From Chrysomallon squamiferum (Eukaryota > Animalia > Mollusca), in assembly GCA_012295275.1 (NCBI GenBank), contig CM022666.1, positions 806,001 to 870,000 of the forward strand: a stretch of 64,000 nucleotides of DNA, given 5' to 3'. Under the pieces are notes generated by a model. That model searched no databases, had not been told where the DNA came from, and saw only the letters and a list, made by a program, of their open reading frames with translations. Both the position numbers and the translations under genes were made by a program. Shown here piece by piece: positions 1 through 13,054 of this stretch (position 1 is its first letter; the number at the start of each line of letters is the position of its first letter).

Positions 1-24
1 TGGATCAGCATGCAAATATATTCA

Positions 25-68
25 TATCTCTCTCTCTCCCTCTCTCTCTCTCTCTCTGTATCTCTACA

Positions 69-160
<92 letters not shown>
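25..160. repeat. Compound (CT)n(CA)n microsatellite
   Basis: Directly visible. Confidence 0.95.
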
Positions 161-162
<2 letters not shown>

Positions 163-392
163 CTATACAGACAAATCCACTATATAAACATGCACAGTTC
201 AGGTCAGTGACTAATTAGTTTTATATCATCACAATGCATCACTGTATTACTCTCACATGTACAATAACAATTATATTCAACTGCATCATCGCTAATATTG
301 ACAGTACAAAGTCTGCAATGAAATTTGATTCTTCAGAAGGGAATTAAGACACTTAATGAAATTGCTTGCTCATTTTTTTTTTATTCTCTCCA

Positions 393-423
<31 letters not shown>

Positions 424-749
424 GTGTCTATAACGAGCTTGACAATTCATTAATAAAAATTAATGAACTGAAAATATAATCACCTCCTTTCCAATTACAA
501 ATTCATGCCAGACTGATTCATCATCAGCTGAATACTGGGAATTATAATCACTTTTATACACACAGTATGTTATTTGATAATGTAATTCTAAACTTGGTCT
601 AAAAAAAAAATATACTTTTATGACTATGCGAAGTGTTCACTGAACTGAAAGTCAAAGAGAGAGTAAAAAAAAAAGCGTTCTGTTATTGATGATCTTGGTA
701 AATTTTTAAAAAGTGTATTTTCCACATCTCTAATTTGGTTATATATCAC

Positions 750-782
<33 letters not shown>

Positions 783-1144
783 GAAAATAAAGAAAAAAGA
801 AAACTGAAATAGAAAAATCAAAAAACATATTTTGTAACTAAGATGTAATGTTTAAATGACATGTCACCTATGTCAGTCTTTAATTCTCGATTTTTTTTTT
901 AATCTTAAAAACATTTTCAAATCACTCTTGTTTTAACTAAACCATCACAGAATCCTTGATTAAATGTTTTTCCTGCTGATATTAAATTAAATAATGTCGT
1001 GATAAAATGAAATCTGCTGGGTTTTTTTTTTTTGTGGTTCCCCCCCCCATATTGCAACAAAACACCTTTGTACAATCCACAACAAAATTGAAGAATGTCA
1101 ACATAAGAATATAATTTACTGTGAAACTCTTTATTTAAACATTT

Positions 1145-1244
<100 letters not shown>

Positions 1245-1399
1245 TGGTGTACATGTCAGTATGTATTTGTATGTGGGATTTCGTCTAATTTTCTGGTTTT
1301 GAATACAGTATGTGTGGATGGATATGTTGAGTGGAATTCTTCAAATTCTATTTTTGTCGAGAACATATCATGGTGTATGTACATCTCAAAGATAGAGTG

Positions 1400-1880
1400 A
1401 GGAAGATAGGCAGATAGAAAGAAAGACAGAGAAATAATAGAATAATAATAAAATGACAAAAGAAAAAAGAAAAATGAGAAAATGATGAACGAGAAAGATA
1501 AAATAATAGAATTAGAAATTAAAGAAAACGATAAAATAATGGAATTAGAAACTAAAGAAAAAGATAGAGAGAAAAATTAGAATAAGGAAATGATGAATGA
1601 GAAAGAAAAAGAAAAAGAAAAGAAAGGAATGAAAATGACAGAATAAACAAAAATTAGAATAAAAAAATGATGAAAGAGAGAGAGAAAAAATAATACGTTA
1701 GAAATTAAATAAAAAGATAGAGAGAAAAATTGGGAATAAATAGAATAAGCAAATAATGACAGAGAGAGAGAAAATAAAAGAACAAGAAAAAAGATGAGAA
1801 AGAGAGATAGAAAATATAAGAAAACAGATGAGAGAGATAGAAAAGAACAAGAAAAAGAGATGAGAGAGAGAGATAAAGAC
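1400..1880. repeat. Purine-rich (A/G) low-complexity tract
   Basis: Almost C-free plus strand made of GA/GAAA/ATGA words. Confidence 0.8.
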
Positions 1881-2570
1881 AAATTGGTTGTTTAAAAGCA
1901 TCAAGAGAATACGTCTGGTTGTGACAGAAATGTTCACATTAAGATTTCTGTCTGTATCCACAAACTGTGATCCAAAAATGTTTCACTTATTGATCCTCTA
2001 TTTTACACAGAACTCTCTCTGCTAGAACCATCAGCTGGACATTGAATCTTCTTCTTCTTCTTCTTCTTTACAACAACAAAAAAAAACTGGAAGGGAAATG
2101 CTTTAACAGGAACATGAAAACAAATTAGTGGTTTCACATTTCAAGAGAAAAAAAAAAAAAAAAAAAACTCACACAGAACATGTTGATGCTGTTGTCCAGT
2201 TTCCTTCCTCTAAACCCACCCACTGCCTGAAATCTAATATAATAGATGGCAGGATCTGTGTGCCTGGGGGGTGGGGTGGGTGGGGGACAGGGGGAGTGGG
2301 AGGGTCTCAAGTGCCAGACATTTGAGTGTAAATTAAAAGATTTCAAAATGCTCTTCTCACAGAAATTACATGTAATTCAACGTCTGAATCTGGGAACTGA
2401 TTTTTGATGATTTATTTCCTTAAGAATCCGAATAGGTTAAAAAGAGATTATTATTTAATCTGTTTTTAAACGTTTCGAGAGGAAACTGAAGCATCTAGAA
2501 ATAGATGTAGATAAACAAACATACAGACATATGTGTGCACACCAAGACAGCTTGCAAACCTTTTCTGTTT

Positions 2571-2572
<2 letters not shown>

Positions 2573-2641
<69 letters not shown>
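2573..2641. repeat. (CA)n microsatellite
   Basis: Directly visible. Confidence 0.95.
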
Positions 2642-2643
<2 letters not shown>

Positions 2644-3968
2644 ATAATTTGTATTTGTTTCAGAAATGACAAAAATATTCTAACGTACAAGCACTCAATA
2701 TATATACACAAACAAAAACAAAAATATGCTTTCAAAAAAAAAATAATAATTAAAAATAGTGAAAACAGCACAATAAAGGACAGGGATAATTTTTTTTTTT
2801 TTTTATATATATATTTTTTTTATTATTATTATTAAAAACAAATATTTAAAAAAAAAAGAGAGAAAACTGAATAAAAAATAACAGTGAAAATAATTTTTTT
2901 ATAAATAAATAATTTAATTAAATCCTTAAGCAGCCAGAAACAAAACGAATATGAGCAAATAAATAAAAATATAAATAAATAAATAAATAAATAAATAAAA
3001 AAAAAATAATAATAATAATAATAATAATTAATACACAAAAAACCCACCCTGCAACAAGCCAAAAAAAGAAGCACTTAAAAAAAAAAGAATATGACAAAAC
3101 AGTATTTTTCCTACACTGAACTTTTTGTCTGTTTTAGATAACAATGAAACACAATGTCTGGTTTCATCTCTGAACAACAACTGGATAAGACAGACAGACA
3201 ATGCAAAGAGTTGAAGAAAAAGGTTTTGTCACAGTTCTGTAACAGACAGCTTGTTAATATCAAGAGAAAAGAAAAAGAAGAAATTCTCCAGGCGATATTT
3301 TCAGATCTCTTATTTCTGATGTTTGTGTGATTACATTTTATCTGGGTAAAGAAAAAAAAAATGTGTGTCGAAGAAGATTTTAATGTTTTTTTTCTGGTCC
3401 CATTTTTACTATATTTAGACTCAGATAATGAATATTATTATCATTAATTTTTTTTAAATTTTGAACTTGTAACAGATTATATATATATCTATATAGATTA
3501 CACATACACTCATTTCTTACTTAATATTTTTTGTTTTTATTATTTTTTTTTTTATATTTTAAAAAAAAAAATTATTTTATTTTATTTTTCTTCATATGTA
3601 GGTTAAGAAAATTATACAGAAGAGAAAACTAACAGACTAAAGTGAAAATCAAACAAACTTACATTTCATAATGTCCCTTTTTTTTTAAAAATCCAAAAAC
3701 AAAACAAAATGTCCAACCATTCACTACTTATTTTTGTAGATGCATGCACAGACAAACACACACACACATTCATGAATATTCATAATTAACACACACAAAA
3801 CCAGTTTTCCTTCGAAATTTATACACTACAATTTACTGCAAAAAAACAAAAAAACGAGAAGAAAATAAAAAGAAAAATGATAAACAAGGAAAAAAAAAAA
3901 AGAAGCTAAATATCAGTTTACAAAATTGCACATATTGGTTTCCTCTCTTCAATGACATGTATTATACC

Positions 3969-4279
3969 CATCAAGTAATTAATGATATTACACAGGTAAC
4001 CTGTAGTTAACTTCACAGCCAGGTATTTTCATCTGAACGCACTTGATAATCCTACAGAAAATCAAGCCTACACATTACTGCTTAACGATACACCCAAGAA
4101 GTGATTTAAAACGGTGTGTATCACATGCATCGAGTAATTAATGATATTACACAGGTACCCTGTAGTTAACTGCAAAAATTATGATTTTTTTTTTTTTTAC
4201 CTTGGTGCACTTCGTAACCTTACAGAAAACTGAGACCATACAGTTTCTGCATAACGATATAGCCAAGAAGTGATTTAAG
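3969..4279. repeat. Diverged tandem duplication, ~160-bp period
   Basis: catc(a/g)agtaattaatgatattacacaggta(a/c)cctgtagttaac at 3969 and 4128; both copies end ccaagaagtgatttaa. Confidence 0.85.
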
Positions 4280-5275
4280 CCAAAGATAATAATCACCAGA
4301 ATGAACCGACCAGTAACACTAAGCTGTTTCGGTGTATCTGACGTAGCCTCAAGGAAAGACAATATTAAAACTTCCTCAATGAACAGAAAACATAATGGTA
4401 GCTAATTTTCTCTCTCTCTTCCCGAGGCTTGGAAACAGTCGTGATTTATTATGCTGAAGGGCAAATTTGTGAAACTCTGCCCAGAAACCATAGAATATAT
4501 TTTTTTTTAACATTTTTTTCTTTTTTTTTTTTTAACGATTAATTTATGACACATTTTCTCTTTCATATTTTAATGACAAAGAAAATGGCTCTCGTGGGAA
4601 AGACTGCATCCAAGACTGGTGTTTTTTTTTTAATTCAGAATCTGATTATTCAAAGGATTTTCCTATACATGAGAAAGTATAAAATGAAAGATATCTGATG
4701 AGAACAGTTTCTAGGAAATGTCATTGTACAAGAAAACATTCAACACCTAATTTAACTATTAACACTGGAACGTGTTGTCATGTTATTAGCTTTCTTACAT
4801 CCACCAACCAGTGGAAACTGCGATTAAGTCATTAGATTTAGCACTGGTTGATTCCAGGATCAAATCCTATTATCAGCCATGTTATAGCTTTATTTATACT
4901 AATATCCTACATTTTATTAAATAACATTTCACCCGTATCAATGTTAGAACCAGATGTAGCTTCTTTTATTTATTTGTTCCCCCTGAGGGTCTAGTATAAT
5001 ATACCATGCTGTGTGTGTGGAGGGGCTTGGTAAAACAAGATCAATGACCTCAATGGTGACCTTCACCTGGAATTTATCAGGTAAACTGTGACCACTTATG
5101 GACACTGACCATAATAATGCTGGTTATATCAACACCTGATGGTCAACAACTTGAGACACACAGTTCTGTTTTTACTACAGAAATGTATACCTGTAATTAA
5201 TATGCTTTGTATATCTACTCGTACAGTACTACCGATATACAACAGGTAATAGTAATATATCTACATACTTATAAA

Positions 5276-5398
<123 letters not shown>

Positions 5399-5640
5399 TT
5401 AAGACCAGCTTTCCCAAACAGTTTTAAGATGCTTGGATTAAGATGCTGAGGACATGATACCTTACTGGTGTATTTAGTAATAACAAAGCCTGAATGGAAT
5501 GAAAGTAAAGTTATTCAGAGAAATGCAGGAAGGCACAGAAATGATGAGAAAAACAGTTCACACAGACAAACACTACAGTTCCTTACATTTTTTATCTTTT
5601 TATTTTTACAGAGGATGTTTTAACAACTAGCATTTTGGTA

Positions 5641-5958
5641 GAAAAAAAAAGAAAGGAAGATAATGTTTTATTTAACAAAATATTCATAATTATGGTTAAA
5701 TGGTCTGAGATATGTTTTTTAAGGACCATTCAGAAAATTGAAGTAACATGTTGCAGGCTCTTCATGAGTTACTCTTTTGCAATTAGCAAAAGGGATCTGT
5801 TATAAGTACCCTCCCTTAAACAAGACAGTATACATCACACTCTCTGTTAAACCATCTGTGGAACACTGGTTAGAATAAGAAATAGCTATATGAGTCTACT
5901 GAGAATTATCAATCCAGTAACCCAGATCACCTGTAGCAAAGACTCTCTTCCCTGAGCT
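5641..5958 (-). mobile_element. Degraded tRNA-derived SINE with Nin/Deu-like core
   Basis: Plus strand reads tail (gaaaggaag..tgttttatttaac), then core ttactcttttgcaattagcaaaagggatctgttat (reverse complement of a TAAAAGATCCC...GAAAAGAGTAG-type core, recalled), then a head relic ending ctgagct. Confidence 0.6.
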
Positions 5959-7128
5959 GTATGAAACTTTCATATTTCAACAATATTTTTATATCAGAAA
6001 CATTTTCATAAATGAACCAGTAAATCAGTCTAATACTAACATCCAACACAATATAACTGCACTAACCTTTTTCACAGAGAGCACCTGATATTCCAACATC
6101 ATCATCATAATCATCATCATCATCATTATTATTATTTTAACACCAAACAATGTCATATTTCAACAATGCATATCTGTTTTTAAAAAAAAAAAACAACAAA
6201 AAAAAACATTTCTCCATCACAAAGCCTAGAGAATATCTGACGTTGTCACCAGGGACTGCAATTAATTAAAAAGCCGCAGAATCCAAACTGACAGCTCAGT
6301 GATTCCCAGGAGCCTTTAGCAACACTTCATTACATTTCAATTATGTATGCACAGAATCATGCAGTCTGCTGGCTAAACCTTAAAAATTTATTTCTACAAT
6401 CAATCTCACAAATACAGGGGACACAGAGCCAGGGATAAAAGTAAGAAGAAAGAAAGATAAAAATCCTCTTCACAAATGAATGCACGACGACGGTCTCCAT
6501 CCTGTTGCAAGTTTCCAGAGCAGAAACCCACTGACGAGTCTGTTTCCAGTTCGCGAGGTTTGCTACCACTGTGTTTAAATGATGAATAAACTTTAAAAGT
6601 TTTTAAAAAATTTTAATTTATTTATTTATTATTATTATTTATTATTTATTATTTATTTTTTTTATTTTTTTTATTTTTTTTTTTTTTATTGGTTAAAATG
6701 GTAGTATATGTAAATAATTTTTTTTTTTTTTTTTTTTACTTTGTAAATTTGTATTTGGTTTGATTTGAAAAGGACACCAACCAGACAAGGTTTATTTGGA
6801 ACAGAATCTGAATTAAAAAAATCAGTCCTTTTCTGTTTTATCCATGAGAAATGATGACATCAATAAAAATAAATATTATTACACACATACATAAAAACTT
6901 AAACACACAGAAATATACAAATTCTCAACTCTTTTTTTTCTCTCTTCTCTCTCTCTCCTTTCTCACAAAAGCACACTGAAAAGTACCCACAATACTTCTA
7001 CCAATTCTATTTCACTAAGCTGGAAGATCAGCAAATCTTTATCCTTATCGATTCCCTTCCTCACTTAATAGCTGCAGCAGCTAGTAATACTGCTTCTTTC
7101 ATTACATTATATTGGCACTCAAAGGTTA

Positions 7129-7270
7129 TGTCCCTCTCAGTTACCACACTGTCCCTCTCAGTTAGCCCCACTGTCCCTCTCAGTTAGCCCCACTGTCTCT
7201 CTCAGTTAGCCCCACTGTCCCTCTCAGTTCCACACTGTTCAGTTACCACACTGTCTCTCTCGGTTAACCC
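7129..7270. repeat. 21-22-bp minisatellite (cactgtccctctcagttagcc), ~6 copies plus degenerate outliers to ~7395
   Basis: Directly visible. Confidence 0.85.
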
Positions 7271-7517
7271 CAGTTTCTCAAGAGAAGAACTACAACACAT
7301 TGAGATCACCCTGTGAACTTTCTATTCAACATGGTGTCCTTCTGTAATTACCACACTGTCTCTCAGTAAGACAACTGACAGTTAGCCACACTGACAGTTT
7401 GGGTGCAAAGAGAGTTGGTAAACAGTTCTGTCTAACTGGAACTTTTATTCAACTGGTTCACCTCTGTGACAGTTATTAAAATAATGTCAGTGACTGATGA
7501 AGTTTGGTAATCAGTTT

Positions 7518-7529
7518 TGTGTGTGCATG

Positions 7530-7582
<53 letters not shown>

Positions 7583-7587
7583 AATGA

Positions 7588-7645
<58 letters not shown>

Positions 7646-7778
7646 TGTGTGTGTGTGTGTGTGTGGATATGCCTCTGTATGTATGTATGTATATTTATGT
7701 GCATATTCGTGTAACACTTTTTTTTATGTGTGTGTGTGTGTGTGTACATATATATATAGAGAGAGAGGTGTGTGTGTA
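7518..7778. repeat. Interrupted (TG)n microsatellite cluster
   Basis: Directly visible. Confidence 0.9.
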
Positions 7779-9057
7779 TGTTAGGAACAAGTAATAGCCA
7801 TTCATAATAACTGAATATTAATATAATAGTCACATGCAGAAAGCTTGCACAGTCTTTTTTATATAATCACTTATGTTATCAGTTTATCATCACAGATTAT
7901 CACTAACATGTTCACATTCCTTATTTATCATCACAACTTGAACACCAGGGGTCGCTGTCAACTTGAACTATAGACACAAAGGTCTCTTGTGAATACAAGG
8001 TTTTTGCATTGTCACCTACTTAAAGGTATTCAAAGGTTTAGATAATTCAGTACACCTTTATAGATCATTAGAATAAATAACACTTCAAGAATACTGCTAT
8101 AACGAATATGGCTATTTTTGATGTAGATATGATAATTCAAAGAAAAAATGATGATGATGATTATATTTCTGGTTATAATTAATCTGAATGATAAGGATGG
8201 TGTCTGTTAATATAAATGATAATTCATTAATAATGATTCCATTACCATAAATAATAACTAAACTGAATAATAGAGATATATAAACAGCAATCAAAAAAAT
8301 AAATTATTAAGACGATTTTCTTAAGCATATAAATTTAAAATTTCAAAAGAATGATCAGAACTCTTCCAGGAAATAAACGACAATTCTGAAGAATGAATCA
8401 GATGATTAACAACATTAAATGATAATTCAGCAGATCGTGAAGACGACTCAGTTATGACAAAATGTTGGAGACAACTTCAGTCGGTTTAAAAGTGATGATA
8501 AACAAGTCAGCATTTTGATTCATTACCGACTGTTGTTCCTTTGAGGTCTGTGCTGAATTGTAACAGCCTTTAAATCGAAAAACTCAGCGTCTCAGAAGAG
8601 ACAGAAGATGTATGAGGACCCACATACTATTTGCCGGGTTGTATATTATTTATAATCAATGCCTGACGTCTGATACCGGAGTTTGATACCAGTGACTGGT
8701 ACGTTATCTCCAATAATCAACTGTGAGTCAATAACCGTATTCCAGTGTCATTATCACAAGATTTTCTTTGTTAATGCTGATGTTATTATTGATACTGTTA
8801 GTATAAAAAGTAATAATTCACAATTGTTTTTGTGCTGGTGGGTTTTTTTTTTTTTAATTTAAATTTTTGGTTACTGTATACTATTAAAATAAAAATTTCA
8901 TAATATAAACATTACTTAATTGGTATTAAGAATAGTTTGGCTTCAATGTTACATTGACCAAAAACAAATTAAAAATTAATTAAATATAAGTAAGTAAGTA
9001 ATAAGTAAGTAAAAAATTACTTGTAGTGTTAATTTTCATGTCTCAGTTTTGCCTCAA

Positions 9058-9262
9058 GGAACAGAAAGAAATATTTTAACATTGCACTCAACATGATGTA
9101 TTTGTAGATATTGGAATTGGAAATATGGTTAAACACCACTAGATAACAAAAAAGGAAATCCACTGCAACCATTTAGCAGCAAAATATCTTTTATAAGCAC
9201 CATCCCACAAACAGAAAAAATATAAAACAAGACCTTTGTTAAACCCATTGTGGAGGACTTGT
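9058..9262 (-). mobile_element. Degraded SINE, same family (partial)
   Basis: gaaagaaatattttaacattgcactcaaca...atatggttaa...ggaaatccactg...ttagcagcaaaatatcttttataagcaccatcccacaaacag...cctttgttaaacc, collinear with the 5641 copy. Confidence 0.6.
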
Positions 9263-9795
9263 TCATTTTGCACAACAAAACAAATATTGTTGTAACTAAT
9301 TAAACCAATATTGTTACAGTTTTGAAAAATATTTTTAAAAATTCCAACAAAGAATTAAGCAATATTTCTGCCAGAAGACTATCAACCATGTTTATTCTGA
9401 ATTTCATAAAAAGTGTTAGCAACAACATTTTCTCACCTGTTCTGTATTACTCAGTTTACTTCAGTCACATTTCTGTGTAAATAAAACCAATAATTTCACA
9501 GGTTTAGTAAACATAGAGAGTAAGTTAAAACAACAAATACAGCAGCATTTTGTTGAATGGGGAGAACCACTTGTGCCAACAGGAAATTTCTTAAAACGTC
9601 TAGGAATTTATGGTATTGTATTTCTACAAAAACACACACACACATATATACACACACAAAAACACTGTTATCTTAAGTACACTTACAACCATAACAGATA
9701 TATTTATAGCCATAACAGCAAGCTGGTAACTTGAACTAAAGGAAAAACATAATTGACAAATGACAAGTACATTTCCTCAAACAATCCCATTGCTA

Positions 9796-11150
9796 TCTTA
9801 ACAAATATATCTACAGATGTAACAAATACCACTGCAGTCTTAACAAATACCACTGCAACTGTAACAAATACCACTACAACTTTAACAAATACCACTACAG
9901 CTTTAACAAATACCACTGCAACTGTAACAAATACCACTGCAACTGTAACAAATACCACTACAGCTTTAACAAATACCACTGCAACTGTAACAAATACCAC
10001 TGCAACTGTAACAAATACCACTGCAACTGTAACAAATATATCTACAGCTGTAACAAATACCACTACAGCTGTAACAAATACCACTACAACTTTAACAAAT
10101 ACCACTACAGCTTTAACAAATACCACTGCAACTGTAACAAATACCACTGCAACTGTAACAAATACCACTACAGCTTTAACAAATACCACTGCAACTGTAA
10201 CAAATACCACTGCAACTGTAACAAATACCACTGCAACTGTAACAAATATATCTACAGCTGTAACAAATACCACTACAGCTGTAACAAATACCACTACAAC
10301 TGTAACAAATACCACTGCAAGCACTGTAACAAAACCACTGCAACTGTAACAAATACCACTGCAACTGTAACAAATATATCTACAGCTGTAACAAATACCA
10401 CTACAGCTGTAACAAATACCACTACAACTGTAACAAATACCACTGCAACTGTAACAAATACCACTACAGCTGTAACAAATACCACTACAACTTTAACAAA
10501 TACCACTACAGCTTTAACAAATACCACTGCAACTGTAACAAATACCACTGCAACTGTAACAAATACCACTGCAACTGTAACAAATACATCTACAACTGTA
10601 ACAAATACCACTACAACTGTAACAAATACCACTGCAACTGTAACAAATACCACTACAACTGTAACAAATACCACTGCAGTCTTAACAAATACCACTGCAG
10701 CTTTAACAAATACCACTGCAGTCTTAACAAATACCACTACAACTGTAACAAATACCACTGCAGTCTTAACAAATACCACTGCAACTTTAACAAATACCAC
10801 TGCAGTCTTAACAAATACCACTGCAACTGTAACAAATACCACTGCAACTGTAACAAATACCACTGCAACTGTAACAAATACCACTACAACTGTAACAAAT
10901 ACCACTGCAGTCTTAACAAATACCACTGCAGTCTTAACAAATACCACTGCAGCTTTAACAAATACCACTGCAGCCTTAACAAATACCACTACAACTGTAA
11001 CAAATACCACTGCAGCCTTAACAAATACCACTGCAGCCTTAACAAATACCACTGCAGCCTTAACAAATAGCACTGCAGCCTTAACACATACCACTGCAGC
11101 CTTAACACATACCACTACAGCTTTAACACATACCACTGCAGCCTTCACAA
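9796..11150. repeat. 21-bp minisatellite, ~64 units (consensus ACTGTAACAAATACCACTGCA)
   Basis: Directly visible; includes a 210-bp (10-unit) higher-order duplication. Confidence 0.97.
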
Positions 11151-12012
11151 ACAAACAAACAGAAAGATGCTGATGACTGTATGTGAAGCAGGAGTGTGAC
11201 TGACAGACTGACAGACAGGCTTTCTCGCTGTAATTAAGAGGAGAGTCAGAGAGGAGAGCCGCATCTCCTCGCAGTGTGTAAACAGGCTGCAGTGATCACA
11301 TCCACTGATCTCTTAGCACTGGCAAACACCCCGGGCAGGCTGGCCACCGCATCTTTTCAGACTACTACTACTACAACAACAACAACAACAACAACAACAA
11401 TGACCTGTACAGTTTCTTGTTAAGATATATATCCACACGTTGAAGGCAAAAAAAACAAAGAACAAAAACAACAATAAATATCAGCAAAAAGAAAAAAGAA
11501 AGGCATGGAATTGAAATATAGAGTGGTTATTTTTATAAAACAGATTTATCCTATGTCCAACCGTTTGCTCCGTAAATTGTAAAATTTGCTTGTAGTTTTA
11601 TGGGTTGTTTTAATTTCATTTAACTTTCTGTGACCTCTTCATTAAAAGCAGGTTGTGTTTTTCTGACAAAAAAGGTGTTTATAAAATTAGTTCTTTCTGT
11701 TATGTGAAAAAGCTGTAGCCTTTGGAATGATGCATAAACATTTGTTTTCATCATTATATGAAAAATATATTTTATATTTATTATTTATTATTATTCAAAG
11801 AGACTAAGCTAATTTTAATTAAATTAATCTTTTTTTTTTTTTTTTTTTTGTTGTTGTTGGGTTTTTTAATTTCTGTTTATATAGAATATAATTAATTTTA
11901 ATTTTTTATATTTTATTTCTTTTTGTAAACAATACTTTACAAATCTAATATATTTATTATTAATTCTTTTTTTAATATATATAATTTTCTTTATTCACGT
12001 TTGTCCTACTTA

Positions 12013-12063
<51 letters not shown>

Positions 12064-12564
12064 AATCCATAGTATAATAATAGAATGAACAAACGATGTG
12101 ACAGAACTGAGATAAAAATAGTTTCAGCCAGAAGGCAGAAGAACACTGTTTACCACTGTGACTGTTTCAGAACTGTGAATTGATGCAAGATCTGGGCACA
12201 CACACACACACACACACTGACAAACAGACTTGTGCCTCCCTCTGATTGCAACCTGCGTAGAAAATCAATATCTGATTGAGTAACAGAACTGAAAGCTTTG
12301 TTTGTCTTTCTTTGCCTAATGAATAATGCTGTGTTGGCAAAAATGACTTCATTTTTTTTTTTTTTTTTTTTCTGGTTTGCATATAACCTGCAGACAGATC
12401 AGTATCAATCTACACAGGATTGGTAACATTGAGATAAATAAATGGACGTCTATAAATAGTCATAGTTAACCTCTTTGCTGGAAAGTAGGCAACAGCAAAC
12501 AGCAAAAATACAAGTTTGAGATTAGATGTGGGGTAATGCATGTGCATGTTAATTTGTATGTGAA

Positions 12565-12840
12565 TGGTATGTTTGTGTGTTTGTGAGTGTGTGTGTGTGT
12601 CTGTGTGTGCATGTGTGTGTGTGTGTCTGTGTGTTTATGAGTGTGTGTGTGTCTGTGTGTGCATATATTATGTGCGTGTATGTGTATGAATGTGTGTTTG
12701 TGTATATTTATCTGTGTGTTTTTATGTCTTTGTTTGCATGTATGTATAATAATTTACATGTATGTAAAGTATGTAGGTGTATTTTTATATATGCATGTAC
12801 ATTGTATGTATGTGTGTATGTGTGTCTGTATGTGTGTGTT
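12565..12840. repeat. Degenerate (TG)n/(TA)n tract
   Basis: Directly visible. Confidence 0.85.
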
Positions 12841-12980
12841 TGATAACATTATTATTATTATTATTATACACACATTCACCCATCTGTGATAGAGTAAAAA
12901 ATCTAGAATTTCGCAAGTCCATGGACCTTTTCAACTCGAGCTATCTCTGTATATCATCATAAATACTTGCTCTTCATAAA

Positions 12981-13054
12981 TACCTGAACTTCATGACTAC
13001 CTGAACTTCATGACTACCTGAACTTCATGACTACCTGAACTTCATGACTACCTG
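12981..13054. repeat. 17-bp tandem repeat (tacctgaacttcatgac) x4.3
   Basis: Perfect copies, directly visible. Confidence 0.95.

Noticed and set aside
9753-11154. Mucin-like or hydrophobic protein CDS (198, 206 and 286 aa ORFs)
   Set aside because: Pure 21-bp minisatellite with non-ATG starts, an internal frameshift and no signal peptide; kept as a repeat, not a CDS.
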